DNA of 64,000 nucleotides from Hormiphora californensis (lineage: Eukaryota; Animalia; Ctenophora). Positions within the stretch are counted from its first letter, which is position 1. The number at the start of each line of letters is the position of its first letter. The stretch lies in the NCBI GenBank assembly GCA_020137815.1, contig CM035355.1:3782001-3846000 (forward strand), read 5' to 3'. A program made the translations under genes and the position numbers. This document shows positions 22,801-35,900 of this stretch, piece by piece. The notes beneath the pieces were generated by a model. The model was not told the DNA's origin. It did not search any database and worked only from the letters and a program-made list of their open reading frames with translations.

Positions 22801-25800
22801 TGATATCACTTTGTTCTAACCCAGTAATGTTTCAGTACTATTGGCGGTATTGATAACCCTACTCGCATTTGCCCTCCTTACATTTACCTTCCTTCACCCT
22901 TACTTTGCAATGGTTCTTATTGCCATTGCCTACAGTATCTGTGCGAGTGCCCTGTGGCCTATGGTAAGTACTGAACATGAATATCAAGTCAGTGGCATCC
23001 TAAGCTACGGTACCTAGTTATAGTCGTGTAATGTGTATGGGTAGTTAAAGTGTTGGTGGAATGTTGTTTGTGTGTCAGTCGGACTACTACCTAAGTCTCA
23101 ATCAAAGTGTGCATATAACACACATCTCTGTAGTTCGTGAGGTAGCAGAAGCTTTCAACACGTGTACCTTACAGCTGCTTGACTTACTTGACTTATGGCG
23201 GCCGGAGAGGTCGAGTAGCAATGAACGATCTCCAGTTATCCCGGTTGCACATAAGTTCAAGCATTTCGTTACTGTTATCACACACCCCGTCCAGGTCTTG
23301 TAATAGGACATCTGGGAAGGTTAGTAACGGGCGGCCACGCCGCGCCTGGCCATGAGCTGGTTTCCACATTAGTAGTTCATGTCCCACTAGGTCATCGTGT
23401 CTAGCAAGGTGCCCTGCCATTCTCAGTCTCTGGCTTCTAATCTTCTCAGTTACACGAGGAATATCTTGGAAAACCACGGCATTTGACACTCTGTCCGCAC
23501 ACCTGATGTTCAGTGCTGCCCTCAACATCCTCGAGTAACACCCATCAATCTTCTTGCTTAGGCTCTTGGTTATTGTCCACGTTTCAGATCCGTAGAGAAG
23601 GATAGTCTCGACAGTGGATCTGAATAACCTCACCTTCATCTTCCTAGACATCTTAGACTTCCAGACTCTGTTCATCTTATTTAGGGCACTCCATGCCTTA
23701 GCCTTCCTAACTTCGAAATCTGCAGCTGCAGTATATAAGGCTTATTGCTTATGAAGTCTTTAGTCTGTTGTGAAGCATAGGTAGAAGGTTTCGGTAATAT
23801 TCGTGTTGGTGATTCTTCGTTACCATGACAACGAGTGGAGGAGTTATTGATCAATGATCTCTCTCCCCACTGTATAAACAAACCCTCCCCACTTGCAGTA
23901 GTGTTCCCCCTTCCTCTCCCATCCTGTCGACCGGAGAGGGGCAATAATTGATAATGCTTTTAAAAAGTTCGCCATCAAGCAGATAAAGAGTTGTTCAGTC
24001 GCCAGATTCCTCTACCACTTTCTATTTTGATACCCACCACTTTGTTACCATGGTAACCACCACTTTGTTACCATGGTAACCACCGCATTACCAGGTATCA
24101 CTGGTTGTTCCAGAGTACCAGCTTGGAACTGCTTACGGCATGATGCAGAGCATCCAGAATCTTGGACTTGCTGTTGTCTCTCTCCTCGCTGGGGCTCTTC
24201 TAACGAAGGTATGTATTAGCATTAGTTAGTGTTAATTAATAATTAGTTATTATCATTAGATCTGATAGGTCTCTTCAATAGTCCTTTGTGCTACAATTGT
24301 AAAATTAAACAAATTTTATCCACCCTTCCCAGTTTGGTTACTTTATCCTACTGCTTCACTTTATGGCATGGCTCGCACTTGCCGTGGTATTTATTCTCCT
24401 CCTGTGGGCCTGGGATGCCCGATCTACTGGTTACCTGAATGCTTCACCCGCAAAACGAGCCGAAATGAATTCGTAAGTTGTGGATTACTGGAGCAAACTT
24501 TTTTATTTCTCATTCTTTCTTTCTTTTCCCATAACCCACTTTCTCCCTTATTTTCTTCCCTCTTTTTTTATCCATCTTTATCATCCAGTATTCTCGGTTC
24601 TCCTACATCTTCGTTTCACACGTTTCCGTGCTGTCCACGTTTGATAACTAACAAACCGCTCCCACTACAACTCTCCTTCTCTCACTCACTCCTCCTCTCT
24701 CCCTCTCTCACTCAATCATCCTCCCTCCGGCCTCCCTCTGTATAGACCTACTCACTATTTCTCCTCACTTGAGTAGCTTTTTATCACAGAGTTTTCTGAG
24801 CAGTTAGTTCTCACAGTTCCAGCCTCTCTAAGGAGAGATTCTCTCCGCTGCGACGCGAGCGAGAAGCGAGGAGAGAGCGGCGCGAGAGGAGAGCAGAGAG
24901 GAGAGAGAGAGAGACGGCAGAGAGAGACGAGCGCGGCGAGAGCGCGAGCGTAGAGCGGCAGCGGACGAGAGAGCGAGGGCGAGGGAGAGGAACGGCGGGG
25001 CTCCTCTCTCGCGATACGCCCGCTCGCGTTCTCTCGCGTCGAGGTAGCCGCAGAGCGGCTCGATCACGGAGTCCGAACCTCGCCTGAGCATCTCCACTAT
25101 CTCTCCTCACTATTCAACTAAACACTCCCCAGTGATGAGGCAGGTCTGTTCTGGAGGAGATTGCAGGTCTTCCGAACACCCTCTCCCAAAAGAAATCCAT
25201 AAATGGATCTAAGTTCTAAGTCAGAGTCTCCGGGCATCCTCCGCTTCCCAACTGCGGGCCCGGTATCTGAGGAGCGTAGAGGCCGGTGCTCTCAGCAACT
25301 CTGTAAGTTTCCAGTTAAATCGTTGCTTGAAGTTGAATTGATTTCCCTTAGTTGTTATCTCTCCTCTACTTTGTTTGTTGCATGCGATGAAACCCAAACC
25401 TACCCAAACGGCAAACATACTAATAATTTGCCTAGCTAGACTCTGTTTCTCGAGGGAGGGTTAGAACATAACAAACTCATCATGTAATTCTTCTTTTTTT
25501 CCTGTTCAACTTCAACATATATCTATTTCACTGATAACCTTCGCATTGGTCTTTGTCTCCATATCTCTCGCGTTGTACTCATGAGTCAATGCAGGTCAAT
25601 ATTGCCCACACATACCACGCATAAATACTTACTTCATCTTTTGTCCTTATACATTCTTTCTAACATAGGCATGGTAGACGAGGGGTCCGGGCACCCCCCC
25701 CTGGTCGACACACTAGAGCAAAGAACGACTAGAGAGAAAAGGTGCGGGGACGGAGAGGGAAGGAGAGAGAGCAGAGAAGGAGGAGGAAAAGAGAGGAGAG

Positions 25801-26004
25801 AGAGAGGAGGGAGTCAGAGGGAGGGAAGAGAGGGAGGAGAGGAAAAGAGAGAGCGAGGGAGAACCCAGAGAGTGAAGAGAGAGATGCACGAGAAAACCCC
25901 CAAAAAAAAAGGGAAAAATTTGCGCGGGATCCATAAGCTATAGACTCTCTCCTAGCTCGAGGGTTCTGAAAGGATTAATCCTTATCTCTCTCTGCTCTCT
26001 CTCT

Positions 26005-26040
<36 letters not shown>

Positions 26041-26172
26041 AGCAACTGTAGTAGCCTAGCTGTTTATTCTCTAGAACTTGTTTTGCTCAACCAACCAAGT
26101 TAGTTCGCTATCTTTATCCTCACAAGACCGATTCATAATTAGGGAATTGGGTAGAGTTGATGTAGTTTCACC

Positions 26173-26212
<40 letters not shown>

Positions 26213-26522
26213 TTTTGGTTTACCCCCAGCCCCCCGTTGCACTTTGGTTACGAAGTCACCCCTATTATTGCTCCGTGAGCTAGCGCAGAGGGGGAATTTC
26301 ATTACCAACGCTGCACTTGAGTTCTCTATCGTGTGTCTTGTCAAAACCATATTCCCCCTTGTTCGATCTTTTCTCTACGCGCCCACAGATGTAAAGGAGG
26401 GTTAGAACATAACACACCATTCCCTACAGGCTGAGTTCCACCGAAGTATGGCAGAGAGGAGCGTTAACCTGACCCAGAGCTATCAGTTCTCCACACTGGC
26501 CAACAGAACTCCTCTCAAATAG
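19869..26522 (+). CDS. MFSD1: Major facilitator superfamily domain-containing protein 1 (lysosomal dipeptide transporter), ~12 exons; some exons frameshifted in this sequence
   Basis: CMLSFGSYFCFDNPAAL, LLYSLYSWPNV, GGYLIDRVFGIR, GRFIFGLGGENL, YVAIFPF, ALWPMV, GTAYGMMQSIQNLGL. The 3' end is uncertain: in-frame TAA at 24474-24476, or further exons ~25133-25302 (LRARYL) and 26430-26522. Confidence 0.9.
20225..20333. mobile_element. Small MITE-like element in MFSD1 intron
   Basis: 15-bp terminal inverted repeat caggaaccgaccgaa / ttcggtcggttcctg. Confidence 0.65.
23178..23722 (-). mobile_element. 5'-truncated RTE-clade LINE 3' fragment in MFSD1 intron
   Basis: ORF with KVRLFRSTVETILLYGSETW...RLRMAGHLAR...RRGRP; tandem tail (taagtcaag)2 right after the stop; flanking cagctg at 23172-23177 and 23723-23728 as candidate TSD. 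Confidence 0.88.
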
Positions 26523-27825
26523 TAGGACACTAGGACACTGTGTGTTATATTTGTCAGGGGTGCGGGCCAGCTCTCGAATGTTTGCCGATATACGATACGA
26601 GCCCAACATTGAGCAAGATATCTTGGTGATGCCATCCCCTCTTTACTTATTATGACTGCGTCACTAACAAGATGTCTTGCCGCAAGAGATATCGACAATT
26701 ATTGTCTGTGTGTTGTAATTGTAATTGTGTGTAATTTGAGTGGGAGTTTGTGTCAGCACACTAATTTCTTGGTTTGTTTTTGGGCAGGTTGCCAGTTATA
26801 ATTGTTGTGTTTTTGTAGTAATCTGTGATGTTACTTGTCCAGTGTGTGTTGTTTTTGAGGAAGATTTGTACATGTTTTGTACACGCGTGTGTGATATTTC
26901 AGATTGGAATTTGGACATCCCAACTCTTCTCCCCAAAGCCCATGTGTTTGCATTTTCTTAGCCCAATACTGCTGTTGGCCCTAGAGTGAGTGAGAGAGAG
27001 AGAATAGAGATGGTCAGCGAATGAGCCGGAGAGAGAAAGAGAGAGAAAGAGAGTGTATTGGCTAAATTGGACATGTCATGGCGATGTCAATAACTTTTGG
27101 CGAAGCACATTTTCCTCGCCTTTGCCTAAGTTTGCCACTGTCTCTCTCTCACTATCACTTTCTCCATCACTTTTTTCTCTCCCTCCCGGTCACGGCAAAT
27201 AATGGTATTAGTAGCACCGTTCGCCTGTTTTCAGTGCTGTACGAACACTCAACTACACTGACACTGACACTGCGTGAAGTTTGTGTTACATGTCATACAC
27301 AATAGACAAGCACAATGTTTGTAAGCAACTATAGAACATGCAGAATTCAGGTCTTGTATTGTTCAGACGCTCTGGCCTAAACAAATTGTAAGTACGGACT
27401 ATGAACAATACAATTCAGTGCAGCTACTGCAGTTGTTGCCAAAGCTTTGTTTCCAGTTTATATGCCAGCCTATGTTACTCAGGTACCGTTTTAAATGTTG
27501 CTGCTGTGCTCTAGAATTTATTGCTTTAAACAATCGACCAACCAATGTGAATGTGGTTTTAATTGGGTTGATATTGATCGCTTTGTGCATGCATAACTGG
27601 GTTAGTTTATAAAAGGGTTCAATCTATATGAGATAATTGGGTTGATTTTTGTAACATTTGACCAGATGAATTTGAGATAAAACAGTTCGTACTTTTTTGT
27701 TAAAATCTCCAATTTGATGATTTTCCCCAATTAATTGTATGTCATTAATCAAAATAATGATTTAATTGTGATTTAATTAGCTTGCCAGTACCCAACCCCC
27801 TTTCTTCCCCCAAACAGTAGCAGAC

Positions 27826-29382
27826 ATGTCCGGACCCAAGATTTGTTTTGTAATTGGAGGCCCAGGATCGGGTAAGGGAACCCAATGCGAGATGCTCGTT
27901 GCCAAGTATGGACTCGCCCATTTCTCAAGTGGAGATCTCCTTAGGGCTGAGGTGGCCAGTGGGTCAGAACGGGGCAAACAGTTGGAGGCCATCATGAAAG
28001 AAGGTACTATTAAAATTTTAGTACTACTAAATCTCTAATCTTTCTCAATCTCCTTGAAATAGTTGTCTCTCTTCATAGGTCATGGTTACACCGCACAACC
28101 TAGTGTGGTTCCCATGGCAACCGCTCCTATCAAATCAAAACCTTTAGTGTGTTTCCGACCTCTCACAAAACCTCAGTACGGTTCCTGGGCGAGGGTTACA
28201 TCCCTCACATTGTAGTCACAACCTCACACCGCTCACACAGTTCTACTCACACAACCTCGCCACAGGAAAGTTGGTGGATATGAACACAGTAATTGAGCTG
28301 CTGAAGGAGGCTGCGTACAAGAGTTACGAGGAACAGCCTGACAAGATCATTCTGTTGGATGGCTTTCCCAGGGAGATGGAGCAGGCCAAACAATTCGAGG
28401 AGAAGGTGATTTTGCAACTATGTTATTGCGAGAGAAGTTGTGTTTTTGAGTTGGTATTACCACTTTAGTAGCTAGTTTACTCCTTAATTTGTCAATTCTG
28501 ATATTCCTAAAACCAATATTTTTCCTTCAATCAATCAATCAATCATCCCAGGTGTGTAAAGCAACGTACGTCCTATCTTTTGACTGTTCCAATGAGACAA
28601 TGACCTCTCGATTACTCTCCAGAGCCCAGACATCAGGTAAAGTAATGATGTAATGATATGTCAGATAAAATTAAAATCTTGTTGAGAATATGAATCTTCT
28701 GACAGCTTCAAACTCTTGGGATCTATTGCAAATATGTAGTTTAAAAGTAAACGTCATATTTTAATTCGCCTACTCACTACTATACGATATGAATCTTCTG
28801 ACAGCTTCAAACTCTTGGGATCTATTGCAAATATGTAGTTTAACGTCATATTTTAATTCGCCTACTCACTATACTGTCTCTTTACAGGGAGGGCAGATGA
28901 TAACATTGAAACTATCAAGAAGCGACTGGTAACCTTCGAGAGCGCTACTTCACCCGTTCTGGAGTATTACAAAGCAGAGGGTGAGTTTTTGAGAATCCTT
29001 CTGTTATTCAACACACGCCCTTTTCCAATAATTCCCGATATAGGCCTTTTGTTTACTTTGCTTTTCGAGGGTTCCAACCATACCACGCTCAAAGCCAATC
29101 CCCTGATTCCGAACGGTCCCACCGGATGGGGTGCGCGGCTTTGCACGTGCAAGAATTGCGCGCCCCTCACACATTCCCCTGACACCGCGCCGTACACACA
29201 TGTATGGTAAACCCTGTGCGACACATCATGCCCCACACCTCCAACCAGAATCCCCGAAACAAACCAGAATCCCGGTTTATTTCTCAACAACCCCCACCCT
29301 TTCAGGTCGACTGGTATCTGTGTCTGCTGAAGATGCCAAGGAAGTGATCTTTGCTAATACTTGTGCTGGACTTAAACTGTAA
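27826..29382 (+). CDS. AK1: Adenylate kinase 1 / UMP-CMP kinase family (approx. exons 27826-28003, 28265-28405, 28552-28636, 28889-28980, 29306-29382)
   Basis: P-loop [35 protein letters not shown], short [26 protein letters not shown]. Confidence 0.88.
28108..28121. promoter_or_regulatory. Candidate RFX X-box in adenylate kinase intron 1
   Basis: GTTCCCATGGCAAC. Confidence 0.45.
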
Positions 29383-29878
29383 ATAATGAGTCTGATTCAA
29401 GGATAACAACCATACCAGTTATACCGGACCCTTACTGCACCACCCTGCACTGAGTCGGACAATTTGTTATACTGGGAATAGCTTTTGTGGCTCATTTGAA
29501 CGCTAAATCGAGAGATAGATATACGTATAGAGTTTTGTACCACTGTAAATTATCAGTTATCATGGTTATGCGGAGACGAAATGTAAAAACAAATGTATTT
29601 GTATGTTTATTTGTAAGTCTAGAGAAGTTGTTATATATTTCGAATACATGAGTTAACTCGTTTAATAGAAGTTCAAAAAATTAATATGGAGCCATTCACA
29701 ATAAAATGTTTCTCTCTTTCACTTTTCGCGATAATATTTTATCCTGGGTGAATGGCTCCTCATAGAACCAAAAATAAAAGGGTATATTTACTAAAAGGGT
29801 CAAGTGCCGACGATATCGCTTTGAGATATAGTTTCTTGTAGGTTCTACCCAAGCACTACCCAAGAACTACAGAAGGGT

Positions 29879-32242
29879 CTAATTCTTTTTCCAGATAGCA
29901 ACATGCTCCATTCTAGGCACGGTGTAGTCCCAGGACTTGTCAAACAACACCCTATTCTGATCAATATCCCGCTTCGAATCCTCATCATAGTCACCCAGTG
30001 GCCCAATCATTCTCGGACTCCAAGACCTAACCACAGTGATTTTCTCCGTGATATCAAACACATGTTTACTGCCCTTCATCTTCTGCTCCGTCTCTATCTT
30101 CACATATCCGGAGATAGAATCGAACTCGACAATATACTCCTTGTCAACCTTTGCTGAACACATGTTTTGATTTGGCCTATCCTCGGCCTCAAACCGATCG
30201 TATACTTCACTCGTCCGCTCCGTAAAACGTAATCCAATTGTGTGGAACATGTGGATTTTCGGCGATTGATATTCGAATATGGTTCTGTGGTTGGAGCTGT
30301 CATAAAATTGACCATCTCCATGGAAACCCCTACTTGGTAGTTTGAGCAATGGTCGTGGGGGATTAAATTTGACAACTTCCACGGCCCCATCCTCTACGCA
30401 TGGGAGGGAAAGAGAGCAGGATTCTAGGAGGATATCCGAGTCGCCAAACGATGGCCAGACAAGTGGGAATCCGCTAAGAGCAAGGGCCATTGCGACACTT
30501 CGGCCAGGGGTAAACCTATGTCCAGTCATGTGTAGCGGGAGGGTGTAACTCACCAGCCCATCATTGACAGTTGGGACAAGACTGGCTAGATCATAATGAC
30601 ATCGCGTCACAAGGGTTATAGCCCCTTTCAATTCCATGTTCTCCTCAGGGGCCGGAATATCACCAATTTTAACACACAAATACACCCTACCATTAGGGTG
30701 AGGTTCTGATAGTGTAACTCTCACACTTCCTCTACCCACAATGGTCAGGGGCGAGGACAAAGGAGGCGTCTTGAATACTGTAGAGACTTCAAACGCTTCT
30801 CTTTGGTCCCGAGGAAAGTCGAATTTGCTACCGAACGGGCACCAAACTCCAGAATGTTTTCCTTGACATTCGTCGGTTGTAACTTTGATCTTATTTTTTG
30901 TGTCTGTCTGGAATTCCGATAGATCTCCATCATTACCACAGTACCACACCTTATCCTTGACACATTCATCTGGCCAAGTTGGAAACTTCAAAAACTCACA
31001 CTTTATAGTCTCCTGACACTCATCCTGATCCTGACAAACTTGGTTGGGATGAAAGCTATCCCTGACACTCACAACCAACCTTGGCCACGACTCTACACTT
31101 CCAACTGTATAGTCTCTTGGGGCATCCTTGAGGTACTCAGTAAACCATTTTAAACAGATATCAGTGTAGTCGATCTGGGTGCCACTAGGGGATGTATCGG
31201 GCCACTCGTGACACCAAGGTCCAATAATCACCTTACTCTCACTGTTTAGATTCCTGGCAAGGGCCTCAGCTGCAGAGGTGTACCCGTCGTCCAGACCCCC
31301 AAACACCAAAACTGGTATCTTGATGCGTGGGTAGTCTTGACTCACAGATCCTTGCTCCCAGAACGGACCGGGCAACTGGTTTGAGGCCCATGCCATCAGG
31401 TTGGATTGTGTGCTATCTTGGAGACGTTCCTTATACGCTTTCTCCCAGTCATCCTCACTATCAAAATGGCGGGGATGGGGTGGCAGGGCATCTCTTGCAA
31501 GCATCTCCGCAGCCCATGAGAGAAGTCCAGATCCCACTGGGCAGCCTCCCTCATAATGTATGTCATCAGTATACCTATCATGCGTTGAATACAGTGAGAT
31601 AACCGTCTTTAACGGTCCTTTCCCCGCTGTATGGTACGCCATCTGAAGCCCATTGAATCCTCCCCAACTCTTCCCATACATGCCAACCCGACCATTACTC
31701 CACGGCTGACCAGCAATCCACTCCAATACCTCCTCACAGTCCCTCTGCTCTTGTGGAAGGTATTCACCATAGTAACGACCTTGGGACGACCCACACCCCC
31801 TCATCTCAACACGCAGACAAACAAAACCGTGAGAGGTAAACCATGGGTGCCGTGCATAATCCCGTTCTGCTGTGTGAATGTCCTTGTGATATGGGATATA
31901 CTCCAGGATAGCGGGGAATCTCTCTTCTGGATCAGCGGGTTCCTCCAAGCTGGATATGATGGTCACGTGATCAACTCTTTTGGAGGAGGATACCGATTTG
32001 AAGGTTGAGAAAGGAGCCGGAAGACTGGTAGGCTCCTGATTTATATTATCTTCAGGATTCTGTACAAAATCAGTATCAGGCCCCTGGTTTACAATTTCAG
32101 AGGAGTTATCTTCAGGGATGGATATGGGTATGTAGACCCTAGCGGAAAGCTTGCACCCATCAGAGAGAGTGATAAACACATTAGGTAGCTCAGTAGCACC
32201 ATACTTCCCAAAACCGTACTCTTCTCGACTGGGACTGGACAT
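29879..32242 (-). CDS. CocE/NonD family hydrolase (peptidase S15, alpha/beta-hydrolase), intronless
   Basis: PAILEYIPYHKD, RGCGSSQG, WIAGQPWSNGRVGMYGKSWGGFNGLQ nucleophile elbow, DRYTDDIHYEGGC, IIGPWCHEWP, C-terminal PepX-like domain. Confidence 0.92.
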   Translation of the reverse strand: MSSPSREEYGFGKYGATELPNVFITLSDGCKLSARVYIPISIPEDNSSEIVNQGPDTDFVQNPEDNINQEPTSLPAPFSTFKSVSSSKRVDHVTIISSLEEPADPEERFPAILEYIPYHKDIHTAERDYARHPWFTSHGFVCLRVEMRGCGSSQGRYYGEYLPQEQRDCEEVLEWIAGQPWSNGRVGMYGKSWGGFNGLQMAYHTAGKGPLKTVISLYSTHDRYTDDIHYEGGCPVGSGLLSWAAEMLARDALPPHPRHFDSEDDWEKAYKERLQDSTQSNLMAWASNQLPGPFWEQGSVSQDYPRIKIPVLVFGGLDDGYTSAAEALARNLNSESKVIIGPWCHEWPDTSPSGTQIDYTDICLKWFTEYLKDAPRDYTVGSVESWPRLVVSVRDSFHPNQVCQDQDECQETIKCEFLKFPTWPDECVKDKVWYCGNDGDLSEFQTDTKNKIKVTTDECQGKHSGVWCPFGSKFDFPRDQREAFEVSTVFKTPPLSSPLTIVGRGSVRVTLSEPHPNGRVYLCVKIGDIPAPEENMELKGAITLVTRCHYDLASLVPTVNDGLVSYTLPLHMTGHRFTPGRSVAMALALSGFPLVWPSFGDSDILLESCSLSLPCVEDGAVEVVKFNPPRPLLKLPSRGFHGDGQFYDSSNHRTIFEYQSPKIHMFHTIGLRFTERTSEVYDRFEAEDRPNQNMCSAKVDKEYIVEFDSISGYVKIETEQKMKGSKHVFDITEKITVVRSWSPRMIGPLGDYDEDSKRDIDQNRVLFDKSWDYTVPRMEHVAIWKKN

Positions 32243-32998
32243 TGCCTGAATCAATTAGAAACAGTTAGAGGGGGAATTGTAGTTACTGTGGGTGGGAGAG
32301 GCGGTGGGAACAGATGGTGTCAAGTACAGTCTAACTTTGATAAGTGTACTGCAGGGTACACGTATAGAGAAAACACAACAAACGAAAAATTGAGACACTA
32401 TAAAGTCTTGTGCTACGTAGTACGAACAATATGGTGTTTAGTTCACTGTAAAAGAGTAGGGTATGATTAGACATAGCGTGACACAGGATATCATGCTTAG
32501 AGCTAAGTATGTACTACTGTACGGTAGGAACTGAATAAACTAGATCAGATGTAGGAACGTAAGAAGGTCCACTCAAAACAAAAGCTGCAGCTAGCTGCGT
32601 GTATAAGTGAAACAAATGAAGGCCCCCTCTTGCGAAGGTCTCATGCGGCGCCAAGTAATAAGGGAGGAAGACATTTACCATGTTTACATTCACTCATACT
32701 CATACTACATGGGCCGATGATCTAATCATGCCCTCAGGCCCTCTTTTTCTATTCTTGTTGTTCTTGTCCCTATACTACAACTTCATTGAACCGGCCTCCA
32801 ACACTGTCCCAGCGGGGATGAGGAAGTGGAACTCACATAACCAATTCAATACAATTCAATTTCATTGAAATAAAAATGAATTTATCAAGATATACACATA
32901 GTCACTGACACGTCATAGCACCATATACACAAAATTACACGTCACTCAATAACTCTTAACACTAATAATTAATTAACTAATTAACTAATTGTCCTTAA

Positions 32999-35900
32999 TT
33001 AGGACAGTCTCTGTTCCTTATCCTTCCATACGACCACCAATACCGTAGAACTGAGTAGAACAATCGATCCGAAAACTTGCACAACACTTGGTACCTGAAA
33101 TATTTTCGGGATAAGTTAATTTTTAATAATGATAGCTATAGATTGATCTACGGGTCGCTTTCACTGACAGGTATCAGTAATGTGGTTAAAAGTTAGAAGT
33201 CAGAATGATCAGATGATTAGATGAAGAGCAAATTCTGCAGTTCATGATTGACAGCTTTTTGTCAGCTATTTACTGACGAGGAAGTGGTTAACACAACTGC
33301 TGCACATATCGAGACAATGAAACATTTTGTAGAGTACAAAAATAATACAGCTGTATATTTAGGACGCAACACATGTTTCATGGAATGAAAGTATGTTTAA
33401 TGTTATACTTAAATTTAATTGTTCTAATCAATTTAAATGCTGATTAGATCAATTAATCACATGTTCTATAATTACCTCATGAAACATGAAGATCTGGAAC
33501 AGGAAGGCCACAACAACATCAATATTCCTGACAAGACTGCACTTGGTAGTGTTGGCCAGCATGCCCCCCTTGTTGATACCAAACTGGGCCAGGAATCCCA
33601 ACATACCCGCACACAGCAGGGCCATGTTATCAGGCTGAGAGAGGAGGTGTGAGATATACTAATTATAATGTTTCCAAAGATGTTGTCAGAGTGTGTATGT
33701 GACAATATGTGTGACACTGTGACAGTGATAGTGTGACAGTGTTTGTGACAATGTGACAGTGTGACAGTGTGTGTGTGACAGTGTGTGACAGTGTGTGATG
33801 ACAGTGTGTGACAATGTAGGATTTTATTATGCCTATAAGTTGTACCTGAAAACTTATAACACGAGACCGAAGGTCGAGTGTTATAAGTGCAACAATAATG
33901 ATCCGAGACCACAGGTCGAGGCAGATTCTTGTACTTTAGTGCACGAGCCTGCGAGTGCCACTAAGTCTAACTACCTCACGAGCCTGCGAGTGATGTAGTT
34001 TTACTTTTTGACCGAGCCTGCGAGGTCTAAAAGTGTAAGAATCTGGGACATTATTGTTGATGTCAGGTACAACGGAAATAGGCATAATAAAATTGCATTG
34101 TAAAATTTTTTAAACAAGAGTGAGAGACATTTTAGGGCGTAACAATAGAGCGAATTCATGATAAGGTAGCAGACAGAGAAATCAGTAGTATAAGATAAGA
34201 TAACGCCAGAGATAGGTATAGTAAAGAGAGTGAGAGATTAGTGAGAGTGAGAGAGATTGAGAATGTGTGGGATCGGGAGTTCGTAACTGTTATCTTGATA
34301 TCGGTGCTGCAACAACTTGTGAGTGTGACATAAAGAAAGAGAGAGAGAGTTCGTACACACTCATCTTTCTAAGTGTGACAGAAACAGTGGAGTAAGGAGT
34401 TCGAAGTGCAGCAGTGTTATAAGTTTTCATGTATAACTGGGCAGTGTTATAAGTTTTCACTTATAACACTGCCCAGTGTTATAAGTTGTACAAGCAGTGA
34501 TACCTAAAGAATTATATTATATCTCAAAATTTTACAATGTGAATGTGGAAATGTGACAATGCAATGTTTGTGACAGTGTGAAATTGTGACAGTATGACAA
34601 TGTGACAATGTGACATTGTTACAGTATGACAGTGTGACAGTGTGTGTGTGACACTCTACCTACCCCAGTGGGTACCATGACGACCCTATCAAGAGGTTTA
34701 CCACTGATCACCAGGAAGAACCCTGTCACCACGATGGAGAGAGAGGCAGCACTAAACCCAGAGAGGGCGTAGTAGAATAGCACCACATGGTATTCAATAC
34801 CCTAGGAGGAGGGTTGTTAGAATTCTTTAAAACCCACCCAATTGAAACGACTTTCATATCAAGTTTTCGACTGTAGAAAACCAATTGTGCCACACTGTAG
34901 GTGAGGTTTGGTATCGAAAACACCTCACACTCTGTGTTTGGTGCGCTTTGCGCGCCGGCAAGGGAAGGGTAACTTCGTTACCAAAAGTGAGGTGTACCTT
35001 TCTGAATGACTGAATCTAAAGACAAATTAGAAAACAGGAAGAGACAGAGAGACTCAGCTTCATATATTTCATACTTCTCTTTACCTGGTTATTACACCGC
35101 TTGATGAAGATATAAGCAAGGGATTTGAAGATTGGCTGCATAAGGGCAACCGAAACTGCAAATATATCCAAGTTTGCGTGGTTTACCAACCTGCAAGCAA
35201 TAAGAATCAGATCTTTGCAACTTTTATAGCTCATCTTATTAGATCGAATAGCTGTCAATTCTAGAAAAAGTCAAAGAAGGTTGACAGCCCTTATCTCTTC
35301 GTCGCGTGGCCTCGACTACTACAGCTGCAATCTCCACTCTACAGTCTACTGCATAAGTAGTCACGTAGTCTAAATTTTTTGGTAGCTTTGACTTGTCAGA
35401 CAGCCATTACCTTACGGGCCAATACCTTTTTGGGTCGACGACCATTATAACTCCCCCCACACAGAGGATAATGCACACAAAGTGGACAGGTTTAAACTGG
35501 TCCTTCAGAATGATCTTAGACCCAATGGCGGTAAAAATGGGTGCTATTGATATTATAACTGTCACCTCACCGACTGAAATATTTGTAAGAGTTTAGGTAA
35601 ATTGGTATGATTGGTACATTTGAATTGAACTACTGTATGTCAACACGTACCGGGTAAGCGTTGGAATGCAAATGTAGAGCAAAGGAAGCTCATAATACCA
35701 AATAGACACCGGAAGAATATTTCCCATCGGGCTGTCACTTTTTTAAAGACAGGTTCCCCCTTTGCAGCGCACAGGATAAAGGAGACGGTCAGGACCACTA
35801 GAAACCTTACCCAAATTACCTGGAAATATATGTGTGTATTAGCTGCTACAGGAACAACTGAAAGGATAAACGTGAAACTATCTGAAGAAAATAAGGTTCG

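Noticed and set aside
24500-26220. Arg/Ser/Glu-rich and poly-Pro ORFs
   Set aside because: Noisy AG/CT-rich and poly-C sequence within MFSD1 introns; no recognisable domain.
28688-28876. ~98-bp intronic direct repeat (similar 89-bp one at ~44713-44890)
   Set aside because: Simple local tandem duplications; no LTR or coding features.
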